Shown piece by piece: positions 50,101-62,100 of a DNA stretch of 64,000 nucleotides. The notes beneath the pieces were generated by a model. It ran no database searches. It was not told the origin of the DNA and saw nothing but the letters and a program-made list of their open reading frames with translations. The stretch is taken from NCBI GenBank assembly GCA_045128835.1, contig JBGVRX010000017.1:28938-92937 (forward strand), written 5' to 3'. Position 1 is the first letter of the stretch, and each line of letters opens with the position of its first letter. Source of the DNA: Bacilli bacterium (GTDB lineage Bacteria; Bacillota_I; Bacilli_A; RFN20; DUOF01). Made by a program: the position numbers and the translations under genes.

Positions 50101-53100
50101 TACTGTTATATTGTACGCTTGGTGTTTCTCCACCTGGTTGATTTGTACTATCTTCATACGTGAATATAACACCAGAATCACATGTGCTAGCAACGTTTGT
50201 GCTACCATCTTCAGTTCTTGTCGAAATTAATGATGCACAACCGTTTGTTCTTAGAGCATCTAAGAATCCTAGAACATCATCAGCTGCAGGAATTGCATCT
50301 TTTGACATATAACCACTGTTAGTTTCTTTAATAATGAAATCTGTTTCAATATTTATAACTGGTGGTGTTTCATCAATATCTATTTGAAGAATTCCGTTAA
50401 CGAATGTTGTTGTGTAGTTGTTATATTCATATTGCCATTTATCTGCTTCTGTAGCAATTGTTAAGTCTTCATTTGTGATATATAATTTTTGTTTTTCTCT
50501 AGTAATAATATAGTATCCAGCTTCTGATGTATCGAAGAAGTTAGACTTAGACTCATCGTTAATATTAGCATCGTAATAATGCAACGAATCTCCACAAGTT
50601 TGAAGCGCTCTTAGAGTATTTAATGCTCCAATTCCATTTCCTAAAGTTAATGTTTCTTGACAATAAGCAACAGTACCAGTTAATTGGTCAGCAGTTCTTA
50701 CTTGTAATGGGTGATGATACCAAGTTATACTTTCGTAATTAACATCATCATAAGTTGTATGATGAACATCCTTACTATTAGTTACAGTAACTAATGCTGG
50801 CACATCAGTATTTTCTTCTATTGCATACTTTTCTCCAACAGCCTTAGCATAAGCATCAAATCTATTAGCACTTACTATTTCATAACAGTTGCTGTCTGTG
50901 TTTGCTGTTGCGTATGAACACAAATATGTACCATCTGATTTTTGAACATATTTTCCAGACGCATTTTTAATATATCTATTTGTATCTGTAATCAAATAAT
51001 ATTTATAATCATCCACATTAGTACCAACTCTTAAATGAGTACCATTATTGTTTTGTTCATATTGATATTCACTTATAGTTTCTACAACTATTTCAATAGC
51101 TCTCTTTCTAATCTTCAATGTTGCTGAAGCTTTAGGATTAGCATCGTCTGTATAAGCAACAGAGCCATATGTTCTTGTTCCTTCTTCATCAATTATGCTT
51201 GAATAGTAAATATTTGTATTAGCGCTTATTGATTGATAGCTTTGGTTATTAATCTCATCACTACTCCAGTTACTATCTTCGAAGTTATTGTAAATAATTA
51301 CATAGTAGTTCTTGTTATAACCCCAATACTTATTGTTATAAGCATTTTCAACTGTTGATTCTTTAGTTTGAGCAGCATTTCTTGTTGTGAAGCTTAAATA
51401 GTATTCGCCAACATCTTCACAAAGCATACTATCATCAGCCAAACATGTACTAGTATTTCTAGCAATATTATACTCTCCACGTTGAACCTTAATATTAAGA
51501 GTATCATTCTTTCTTTCGATAAGACCTTTACTTGTTGAAGCATCTAATGTCGCCGTATAGTAATGTCCTACATCTACTGTAACATAGTTATAATATGTAG
51601 TTCCGCTTCCTAATGCAATACTACGCGCCGTTGGCATATTCATCTTAGAATAGTCATCCGTTGCACTCATATAAACAACTTCAATTCCACCAGTTCCAGC
51701 ATCATCATTATAATGAGCTGTCTCTACAATTGCTTTTAATACTCCTGATGAAACAGTTGCATTAGCAATTGCATCAGCTAAGCCCTTATCTATAACATTA
51801 AAGTTATTTATTAATAATGAATTGTTAACATCTTCATTTGGATCTAATACATCGTCAGCACCAGTATCCTTAATAAGAATTCCATCTCCAACAATCTTTT
51901 CAGTTGCATACTTGTTATCAAAACTATCTGCATCTGTTGCTTGACCATATATCTTAGTAATATTTTCAATTTCAACATTTACAGGTCTTGGAACAATAAC
52001 AAACCACTTAGTAAAGAATGTTAAGTTATAGTTCTTAGCTCCAACGTTACCGTCTCCTGCAAGTTTATTTAAACCTACAGTTAATCCGTTAACGATATTC
52101 TTTTCTCCTACTGTTTGATCATAATTTTCAACATACAAGTTACCAATCAAGATTCTACTTGTTGTTATTGTACTGTTATATGTTGTGTATTTATCATAAT
52201 GTTTTAATCCAGTTGTAGCATGAGTTAATGCTTCTTCAGCAATAACATCATTATCATCAGCATCTTTAGTCATTTCGTGTTTATATTTAGTTCTATTTAC
52301 ACCGTAATCTAAATCAGCACTCTTATTAGCTTGATTTTCTTCATCATATGCATAACTATCAAGAACAACTGTCCATCCCTTTGTTAATAAGATGTAATCT
52401 CCACTAGCGTTTGCAGTAGTAGCACCAATTGCACCATATCTATATGCATTTAACGCAGTTCCTTCGTAACAAGTTCCGCCATTACAAATCTTAACAATAT
52501 TTGAGTTAGCGAAGTTTTGATATTGTGTTCTAGCTACAACATATGTTGTTTCTACATCAAACTTAATTTCAATATCTGCTTCTCCATAAATCTTATATTG
52601 TTTTTCGATAGGTGTTACAGTTATGTCTGCAGCACTAATACTAAACACAACAGTTTCATCCACTGACTTAATTCTATAGTTATTGCTTGTCTTAACAACT
52701 TTCAAGTAGTTGTTTGTAGCACCTGCTGTCTCATCTTTCTTATATTGACAAACTAATTTAGTTCCATCTGATTCACAAACATAAGAAACCATATTAGATT
52801 CAATAATTTGAGCATATAAGTTATTTCCATATTTTACATATGTTCCAGCATCTGATTGAGAATACTCTCCGCTTCCTGCATCGTAACTATATCTCTTACT
52901 GTTTGTTACATATATATAGAATGTTGTTTCTTTTTCAATCAATACTGTTCCAGCAACTAATTCACCAGAAACAATTGAATAATCACAAACATCTCTACTA
53001 TAACGTAATCCTGCAGTATTTCCACACTTCAAGTTAAGTGCATTTCTTGCATTTTCAGTTAAAGTGTTACTTACTGTATTTGTTTCTTTTCTAGTATGTT

Positions 53101-56100
53101 CATTTGCTGGGTTAGAATAACTATCAGCATAAACATTGTAACTATAATATTCTACAGTGTTGCTAGATACTGTTACTTCTCTTAAAGCATCTGTATTTCC
53201 TCTAGCACCATCATAAACCTTAGATGATAATACTGCAGATGTATAAACACTAGTTGATCCACTAATTGTGTAATACTCGTAATAATTTTCACCTAAGCTA
53301 TTTTGTAACGCTTCGTTTTGAGCATCACTAATACAAGTTGTATAAATACCTGAGATATTTATTAAACAGCTTGCCTTTTGAATAATACTATATGTTGTTC
53401 CATCAATTGTAACAGTCTTAGCGTTTTGTCCACTTGTTGTTTCAACTGCAATTGTAGCAACAACAACATTACTACTCTTATTCAATACTTTTCTACCATC
53501 AATAACGTATGTTACTGAATCTAATTCAAATTCATATAAACTTGTGTATTTATCTGAAGTATTTTGAACTCTTTCGATTTTTGCTTTTTGAGTAGTTCCG
53601 TCGAACAAGTATACACCTGATCCATAAACTAAACCATTTTCTCCTGTTCCATCTCTTACTTCTGTAAATGTAATATTAGGCATTGAACCATTTTCAGTAT
53701 AGTTACCATAAATAAATCCTTGTTCAGAATCTGGAGTAATAGAAACTTCTCTTGTTTTGATTGTCATAGTTCCAGATACTTCAACGATTTCGTAGTTGTC
53801 TCCTAAAACGTTAATTGAGTAGTTAGGGCTAACTTCTACTAATTCATGTGTACAGTCTGTTACACCAGTTTGAGCAGCACACGCTGTTACTGTATATGAA
53901 CCCGCATTTTCACCATGAGTTCTTCTGAAATAAATACCAAAGCTGTTTTGTAAATCAGTAGCACCTTGGAAAATATAATCAGAATTTGTTGAAACACCAT
54001 TATTCTTTATTTGCCATTGTTTCATTGTGCCATCAGCATTAACAAATTTACTAGCATCTACTGTACTTAATCCGTGAGCATCACTTTCAGCAGTGTTGCT
54101 AGCACATTTAATATTTGTACCATCTTGAGTATAACCAAGTCCATTTGGACATATAGCTACCAAGAAATCACTATACTTATCTGCTTCACCGTATGTTTTT
54201 TCAACATCTACTGCATATAAGTAAATAGTTCTCTTTATAATTTCGAAATAAACTTCTTTAGCTGCTTCTGTAAAGAATCCTACTTCTGTTCCACTACTAT
54301 TTTTATTAGCGTCGTTATCAAGTTTCAATTCATCGTAAGGTTCTTCAAATACAGTTCTTGAAGTCCACCATTTAGCTAATTCATTTTCTCTTCCTGGAGC
54401 ATCATCATTCAAATAGAATCCAAGATACCAATAGTTGATTGGATTGCTATCAGACGCACTAGAATATTTTTTAACTAAACTTACAGATGTTGATGAACCT
54501 GCAGTATTGTAGTTTCCATCAGTTGCTTTTATTTTGTAAGTGTTATTAATTAACATCTTACCAGTTCTATTACCGTTAGAATCAATTGCATCTGCACCAC
54601 CTGTTGAAATACAGTGAGCATCACCATAGTAACAAGTAGTAAACAAGATTTCGCTTAACTTAACGTAAGAACCACCATCTTCTTTTACATATGTAGCATC
54701 TAAATCATAGTTTGTTACATATTTAATCATGTAGTTGTTACCGCTTAACGCATCGTTAGTTTTAACATCCCCAAAATCATATGTGTATTTTCCAGCTTTA
54801 TCAGATTTACGATTTGTATCTGTAGGATCAACACTTGTTGGGTCAAATTTTCTGCTTACTTTACCAGTAACAACATCAAATTGGATATCATTAAATGTTG
54901 TTCTAGTTTGTACGCCTGTATCTTCAAAATCTGTCCATGCAGTCCATGGTGCTTTTGCTAAACTGTTTGCAACAGCATAGTACATAGATACACCTAAATC
55001 CACTTGATCTGTGGCTGCGTTTTCACAATAATTTCCACTTCTTCCAGTAAAGTCTGTTAATCCATTAGCTTCTAAGATTTCTTGACATGTCATGTATTCT
55101 AAAGGATCATTCTCACCGTAAGGTTTTACGTTATATTCTGGGTGAACATAAACAATACGTGAAACGATTGTGAATTTAACTTTGTCAGTTTCTTCTCCTC
55201 TAGTAACTCCACTTCCAGAAACATTTGCACTATTTAATTCGATTTCTGAATCAACAGTTTGACTCGCACTTGTAATTAATGAGTTATAAGGAATATAACT
55301 GCCATTAACAAATACATATAAGTTTTTATTTCTATCTGTAGATGCAGTCTCTGTATACATTGCATGTCCAGTTGCATCTAATTTATATCTTGATAAAGAT
55401 GCAATTTCTGCAAATTCGTAAATTTGAACATAAGTTCCTGTTGCATCTTTTGTGTACAATCCACTAGCTTCTGAATATCTTTGAAGACTAGTTAATTGAA
55501 CATATTCATCGTTTATAAGCACATATGCTCCATTTGTATCTGCAACATATGAACTAGAGTTTAATTTAAATTTAAGGATTGTACTTAATGCTATATATTT
55601 ACTATCTCCGCTAGCACCAGTAACTTTTAAGTAATCACCAGTTTCGTTTTGAGTTGCTCCTGTAGCATCAGTATATCTATAACTTCCTAATGCAGATAAT
55701 AACACATAACCGTTTCCTATAACAGCACCTGTTCCATCCACAACACTTGAGTCTTTCAAGTAAATATAACAATCACTAGAACAAACATTTGTTCTTTCAT
55801 ATTGAGTTAATTTTTTATATTTTGTCAAACTATCAACAGATACATATTTACTAATTAAAGCATATGCTCCGCTTGGATTTGAAGTAGTTAAATCTGAATC
55901 ATATCTATCTAAATCCATTAAGTTAACAAACTTGCCATCGATTAATACATAATCTCCTGTACTTGATTCTTGATAATTAAGAGTATATAGAGTTAAATCT
56001 CCTAATGCCACATCTGTCTTATCAGTGTAAGAATGTGTATCAATATCAATAGTAGGACTGTTTCCATAGTAGTTAATATTATAGTTTCTACATGGTGATC

Positions 56101-59100
56101 CACCATTTAACGCAGGGTTATTATATGCATCACACATTGCAGAGTTAGAGTTATTAACTATATTTAATTTACCAAGCGAAATTGTATAAACACCAACTTT
56201 TTGACCTTGATATTTAGCATAGTTATCTTTAATGTAATCATAATCATAACTATTTGCTGAACTATATGTTACTCTGTATAGTCTGTCATCAGTAAGAATT
56301 GGGAAGTTGTTTGTAAATTGAGTTCCACCAGTTAAGAATACTCTTCCTCCACTTTGTGTTGTTGTAACATCATAAGTTGATCCTACTGAAGCGTAAGATT
56401 TAGCAGTATCCTTATCTCCACTAACTGTATACTTATATGCGAAATCAGCATTTCTATTATCTGATGCATCACAATTTGCATAACCAGTATCATAGTCATA
56501 AGTATAATATTCTCCTGCTTCTGTTTTGAAAATTGAATATGCACAACCATACATCTTAACTTGGTTTTCATAAACAGTAATTTCTACATCTGCAGGCAAG
56601 ATAAATAAGTATGCACCTTCATTATTGTTAATACTGTAAGTTATATCATAGTTTCTTGCATTAGCAAATGTTCCAGTTCCTGTAGTTCCATCCTCTACAA
56701 ACACACAATTTGTTTTATCAGTGTCAAGAACACCGTGAGCATCCAAGTTTGTAATACATTGTGTAAATAAAGCATTTGTATTTTGTTTTGTAGCGATATT
56801 TCCTGTCGTGATCTTATAGTATCCAACATCATCAAATACACCAACATTAGCAGCGTTCTTGCTTGCTCTAACAGGTCTTCCGTTAAAGTTTTCTGCAATT
56901 GTATCTTTAGAATCTAATCCTTCGATAACAAATCCATATTTATTACCAACAACATTATCAGTCATAGAAGTACAATCAGTAATTAACCCTGTTTTAACAT
57001 TTCCTGCATCATCTACTAAATATGAAACATCATTCATACATTGAGCTAATTTATATGAAGTATAAGCACTATAATCAGAACCTAAACCATAACTAGAATA
57101 TGTGCTTTCACCATATTCCATTGTATAACCTGTAAGTTGAATGTTAGTAACTTTAGGTTTGATTGTTAATGTACCACCACGATATGTGAATTTATAGTTT
57201 TGTTTTATTCTAGAGTTGTTCGTTGTAGCATCTGTTCCAGTAAGTTGAGCAATATCAGCGTATACATAATACGTTCCTGCTGGCAATGCTTTATCACTAG
57301 CATCATAGTAGTAACCAGAACCTTCTGATGAAACAACACTATGAAGATAGAATTTTAATCCAATTGATTGCCATGTATCACCAGAAGTGATTCCATAGTC
57401 AGCATTACTTGTACAATCTACTAGATAATCCCCTAAGTCGCTATAACACAAGAAGATATTTCCTTCTGAAGTAGTATTGTTTATATAGAATATTCCATTG
57501 CTGTTTCCATTATATTGGTAAACATTACTACTATAATTTCCACCATCATAATACTCATAACGTTCACCATAAATGAATGTATAATTTTCATCAATGAATT
57601 CAAGAATAATTTCACGTTTGAATATTTCAAATTTAATTGTTGTATTATCTGAGTTTCCACATGTCATAGAGTAGAATCCAGAGTTACATAGATTAATACC
57701 GTTTGGAGCGTAAATGTTATCATCATCTCCCTCAACAGTTTCGTAAATATCTAATGCATCATCATATGTTGGAGCATTGTCTCTATAAACGACATTATAG
57801 TTTCTGCAATCAACATTTGTTGCCCCACCACTTGTTGCAACACTATTTTCTCCAATAACACATTCTTTGTTATCGTTGTTAACTTTTCTTATTGTGTAAA
57901 CCTTAACATCTGGAGAAGCAACAACTTTAAAGTTTTTGATTTCATCATATGAATACCAAGCAACATTTTCACCAAGAGAACGGGTAACAGTAAAGTTTTC
58001 ATCGAACAATGAGTATGTTTGGTTAACTAATCTTCCTTCAACAACAACTTTCAAGTATGTACCATCGTTAGTTTGTGTTCTTGAAGAATTATATCTATCA
58101 CTATTCTTTATTTCATAATATCTACCAAATGCATAGATATAACTTCCTGTACTGCTTTCGTAATATATTTCTCCTGACTTAGCATATGTTGTTCTTCCTG
58201 TTAAGTTAATATAATCAACATATTGATAAGTAGATTCTGCAGGTGAAACTTTTCTTCTTGAGTAATAAACTTCACTTTCTGCAACCAGATTAGTGTCATA
58301 TATATATGTATATGGATCTTGTCCTAAAACTTGTTCTCTTCTATTGTTTTCTACAGAAATATTTGCAGTATAACCACTAAATGAACTTTCATCAATTTCA
58401 ATATTTGAAACCCATGCATCTGTATCATAAGTAATAGTTTCACCGTAAACCACTAATTGCCATAATGGGTCATTATATGGAGAACCCGCATATTCTTTAC
58501 CTTGATTTATACCAGGTTGAACAATTAAATCAGTCGCTTCGATTTTGAAGTCAGCTTTAATAAATGATATAGCATAGTTTCTAGTATCTCTATTTAATGT
58601 TCTTCCCGCATATTTAACGCTATCTTCACCAGATGCGTTAGTTAAATAAATGTTTCCATTTGTTCTAATTGTTAATGCTGCAACGCTTGAAGAACCATCT
58701 GTTGCATAATGATCAAATGCATAGAAGTAATATGGATGAGTTGTGTCGTAAGCAGAAGGAGTTACAACATCAGCATCTCTACATAAAGCCACCGTTAATT
58801 TAGTTGTATCACTTGGATTTCCACTAATATTACATATATCATAGATACCAACTTCTTCTCCAATTTCTCTTCTAAGAGTTCCTTCGATAATATAGTTAGA
58901 AGCATTATCAACTAATGTTGAGTCTTCATAGTTACCATTATATCTCCATCCACTTACTGTATAACCACCTAAATAACCAGTAGTAACAATATTTGTTGGA
59001 GTTGTTGTATCATTCCAGTTATTACTATAAGGATCTTGTTCACCAAAAGCCTTAGTGCTTCCATTAGCTCTTATAGTTAATACCGCTTGTCTAATAGTAT

Positions 59101-62100
59101 AGTTAACCGCACTTTCTGTATATAATCCATCATCAACTAAAACGTTATCGACAGAATTTGTAATTGTTTGAGTAGCCCCTCCAACAGAGAAGTTACTAGC
59201 AATATAATTTGTATTAATTTTTATAACATAGTCTTCATTGTAATTACTTGTTCCATCTTCTTTAATAGATAAAGTTCCCAACACTATATGGTATTGACCA
59301 ACATTATCGTTTCTAACACCTCTATCTACATCTGTAGAATTTTCATTACAATTTAGAAGTGTAGCAAAATCTGAAACCTCTGTATTTGAGTAATAGTTTG
59401 GAGCATAGCTGTTGTAACAACGGCTTTCTACTCTAGCTAATTGTCCGTCAAATACATTTCTATTAACCAACGCAGCATTTGCGTTAGTTATTGGATCTGC
59501 AGCATCAAACACATCATTAAAATCACTAATGTTATCAAATCCAGCGGAACTAACAACATTAAGGTTATATTTTACGTAAGAACCACTGTTATTTTGAGTG
59601 TATTTTTCTGTATATCTATTAGATTCTTCGATAGCTAAGCATCTCATTCCTGCTCTCAAATAAACAGTTCCTGTTTCTGTTCCCATAGCAGCGTATAAAC
59701 AAGCCGCATCACTGTAAACATATCCACTCTTAATTTCATGGTATGTTCCATCATTTAATAAATACTCACCAGAATTATTTTGAACATATTCCATGTTGTA
59801 TCTTTTAGCGCTTTCTAACTTAACATATGTATTGTTAATCTTTATGAAATAATTTCCACTTGTAGAATCCCATGCTGCGCCACTAGAAATAGCTGTATAT
59901 GTATGATAAGCATATCCTAATTCCACAGTTCCTGCCGTTCTTGTATATATATTAACATCTGTTGTATCATTTATTTTTTCATAAACATCTCTACTACAAT
60001 ATATACTTGTGAAATATTCATTAATAAATTCTTTTTCAAAGAAGTGATCTTCTAAGTTAAATGTATCGTTAGCTTTGTTTACATAAACACAGTAATCGAA
60101 TAAAGGTTCTTCTTCACCATACATTTTTTCTCCAGCCAAAGGCTCGATAAGTAATGTTCTTGGGTTAACATAATATGTAACATAAATAGTTAACACATTA
60201 TCAGCAGTTCCTGTTATTCCACTCTTATCTTCCCAGTGATCTGATATTTCAATCTTTAATTGATGATATCCGGATTTATATAAGTGAGGGAATCCTGTAG
60301 CAGCATCATTGTCGCCAATTGTCATCCAAGTTCCTCTTTCAAGGACTTGCATAACAATCTTCTCGTGATATGAATCTGAACCACTACCAAGATAATATTG
60401 TTTACCATCATCAGTCTTTATCGCATTACCTTGAAGAATCAATTCACTTGTAATGTGATTTAAGTTGTTATCTTTAATTTTATATACTTCACCAACTTTT
60501 AATTTGTAACATTTCAAAATTCTTTCTTTAACTTGAATCAAGTTATCAATTTCCAATCTACATTCAGTTGGTTCGTTAGAATAATTTAAACTGTTATCAG
60601 CGTTTTCTCCAGTCATATCAATACCAGGACTTGTTGTATCAAGAATTGTAACATTAACTGCATACAAATTAGATAAATGTCCTTCAACAGAATTGTAATC
60701 TCTAGTACTAAATACCATTTGGAAGTTTTCAACATCGTCTATGTATTTATTTATTAATTCGAAACAAGCTTGGTTTGCATCATTGCTTGCACCACTAGCA
60801 TCATTAGCATCTATTGTAACAGTACAAATTTCAGCAGCACCGCCAGCTGTTTTGAATTGAATTTTCAAATAACCCAAGAATGTTGTAGCATCTTTTTGGT
60901 TTACAAATTCAACTCCCGCATTTGCAATATATGCTGTATCTATTTGAGTATATGGTTCAGTTGTTCCACCATCATAATTTGTATATCCAACTTGTTTTAC
61001 TAGCCCTCCGCTGAAAGAAGTGAAGTTATTATTAATTATATAATTATGCAAGTTATAAGAAGTTCCAGAAGAATTTCTATTACTCTTAGAATTATATGTA
61101 GGATCACAGTAAGAACCAGCAGCAGTACTAGACTTATTTTCACTTCCTGTAGTTACATCAAAACATTGATTTGTGCTATATCCAAAGTTAACTTCATAAC
61201 GAGGATATATGTTTTGCACGCTACTTCCACTATAATATTCGATTGAATCTACGACTTTAATTTGTGCAATTTCTAAAGCATCTTGATAATTAAATATTTT
61301 TTGTCCTTTAGAGTTATAATAAATCGTTGTATAATTTGCTGTATTTTTCCAGTATTCATCATTACTTGTATCTGCATCGCTCAACAAACTATTAACATCT
61401 GGATTTACAGGATTAACCTCTCCGCCACCAATAACATAAGGATATGTATTTATACTTGTACTAGATTCATTTGTCTTTCCTGTATCAACACCCAAGTCAC
61501 TAGAAATGACTGGTGCAGTTCTATCTATAACACTAACTTCAACTTTAGGGTTCTTAGCTGAACCTTCTAGTGAATCTGTTGTATTTCCAAAGTTATCTGT
61601 AATTTTAATTCTATAACGCCCATTACTCTTGATTGTAAATGTAATTTTATTGTTTCTGTATCCAATAGTAGCGCCACCACTGTAATCCCCAGATCCGTAA
61701 TCAATATTTGAGGCAGAACACAATTTATCCAGATCTGTTCCACATGAAACGCTATTAGTAGTTAATGCCAAACTTCCTGCTGCATCATCTGTAGAAATAT
61801 CTTTAACTCTCCAGATTACAACGCCATCACCATCAAATTCATTTGGAACATTTGTATCACCATCTTGATATCCTAAAGGTTGTTTAGCAATATCTTCAAT
61901 ATTTGTTGTATCTGAACCATCTGTTCCGTTATTACCAAACACACCATTAGTTATAACTATCTTTTGGAAAACATAAACTTCAACAACTATTTGGTCATTA
62001 ACCATTTTTGTGAAATCAATTTCAAATGGCGATGTAATTGAGAACAACCAACCTTGTTTCCAGCTTCCACCATCATAAGCTCCTGTAGAAGTCATTATAT

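Noticed and set aside
25941-61561. About 25 antisense ORFs of 60–140 aa inside the giant genes (for example 25941–26195, 29613–29861, 35066–35302, 46462–46881, 49317–49556, 54735–54980, 61283–61561)
   Set aside because: Same reasoning. The sense-strand ORFs are uninterrupted for 8–16 kb with coherent domain repeats, and the antisense ORFs are chance open frames.
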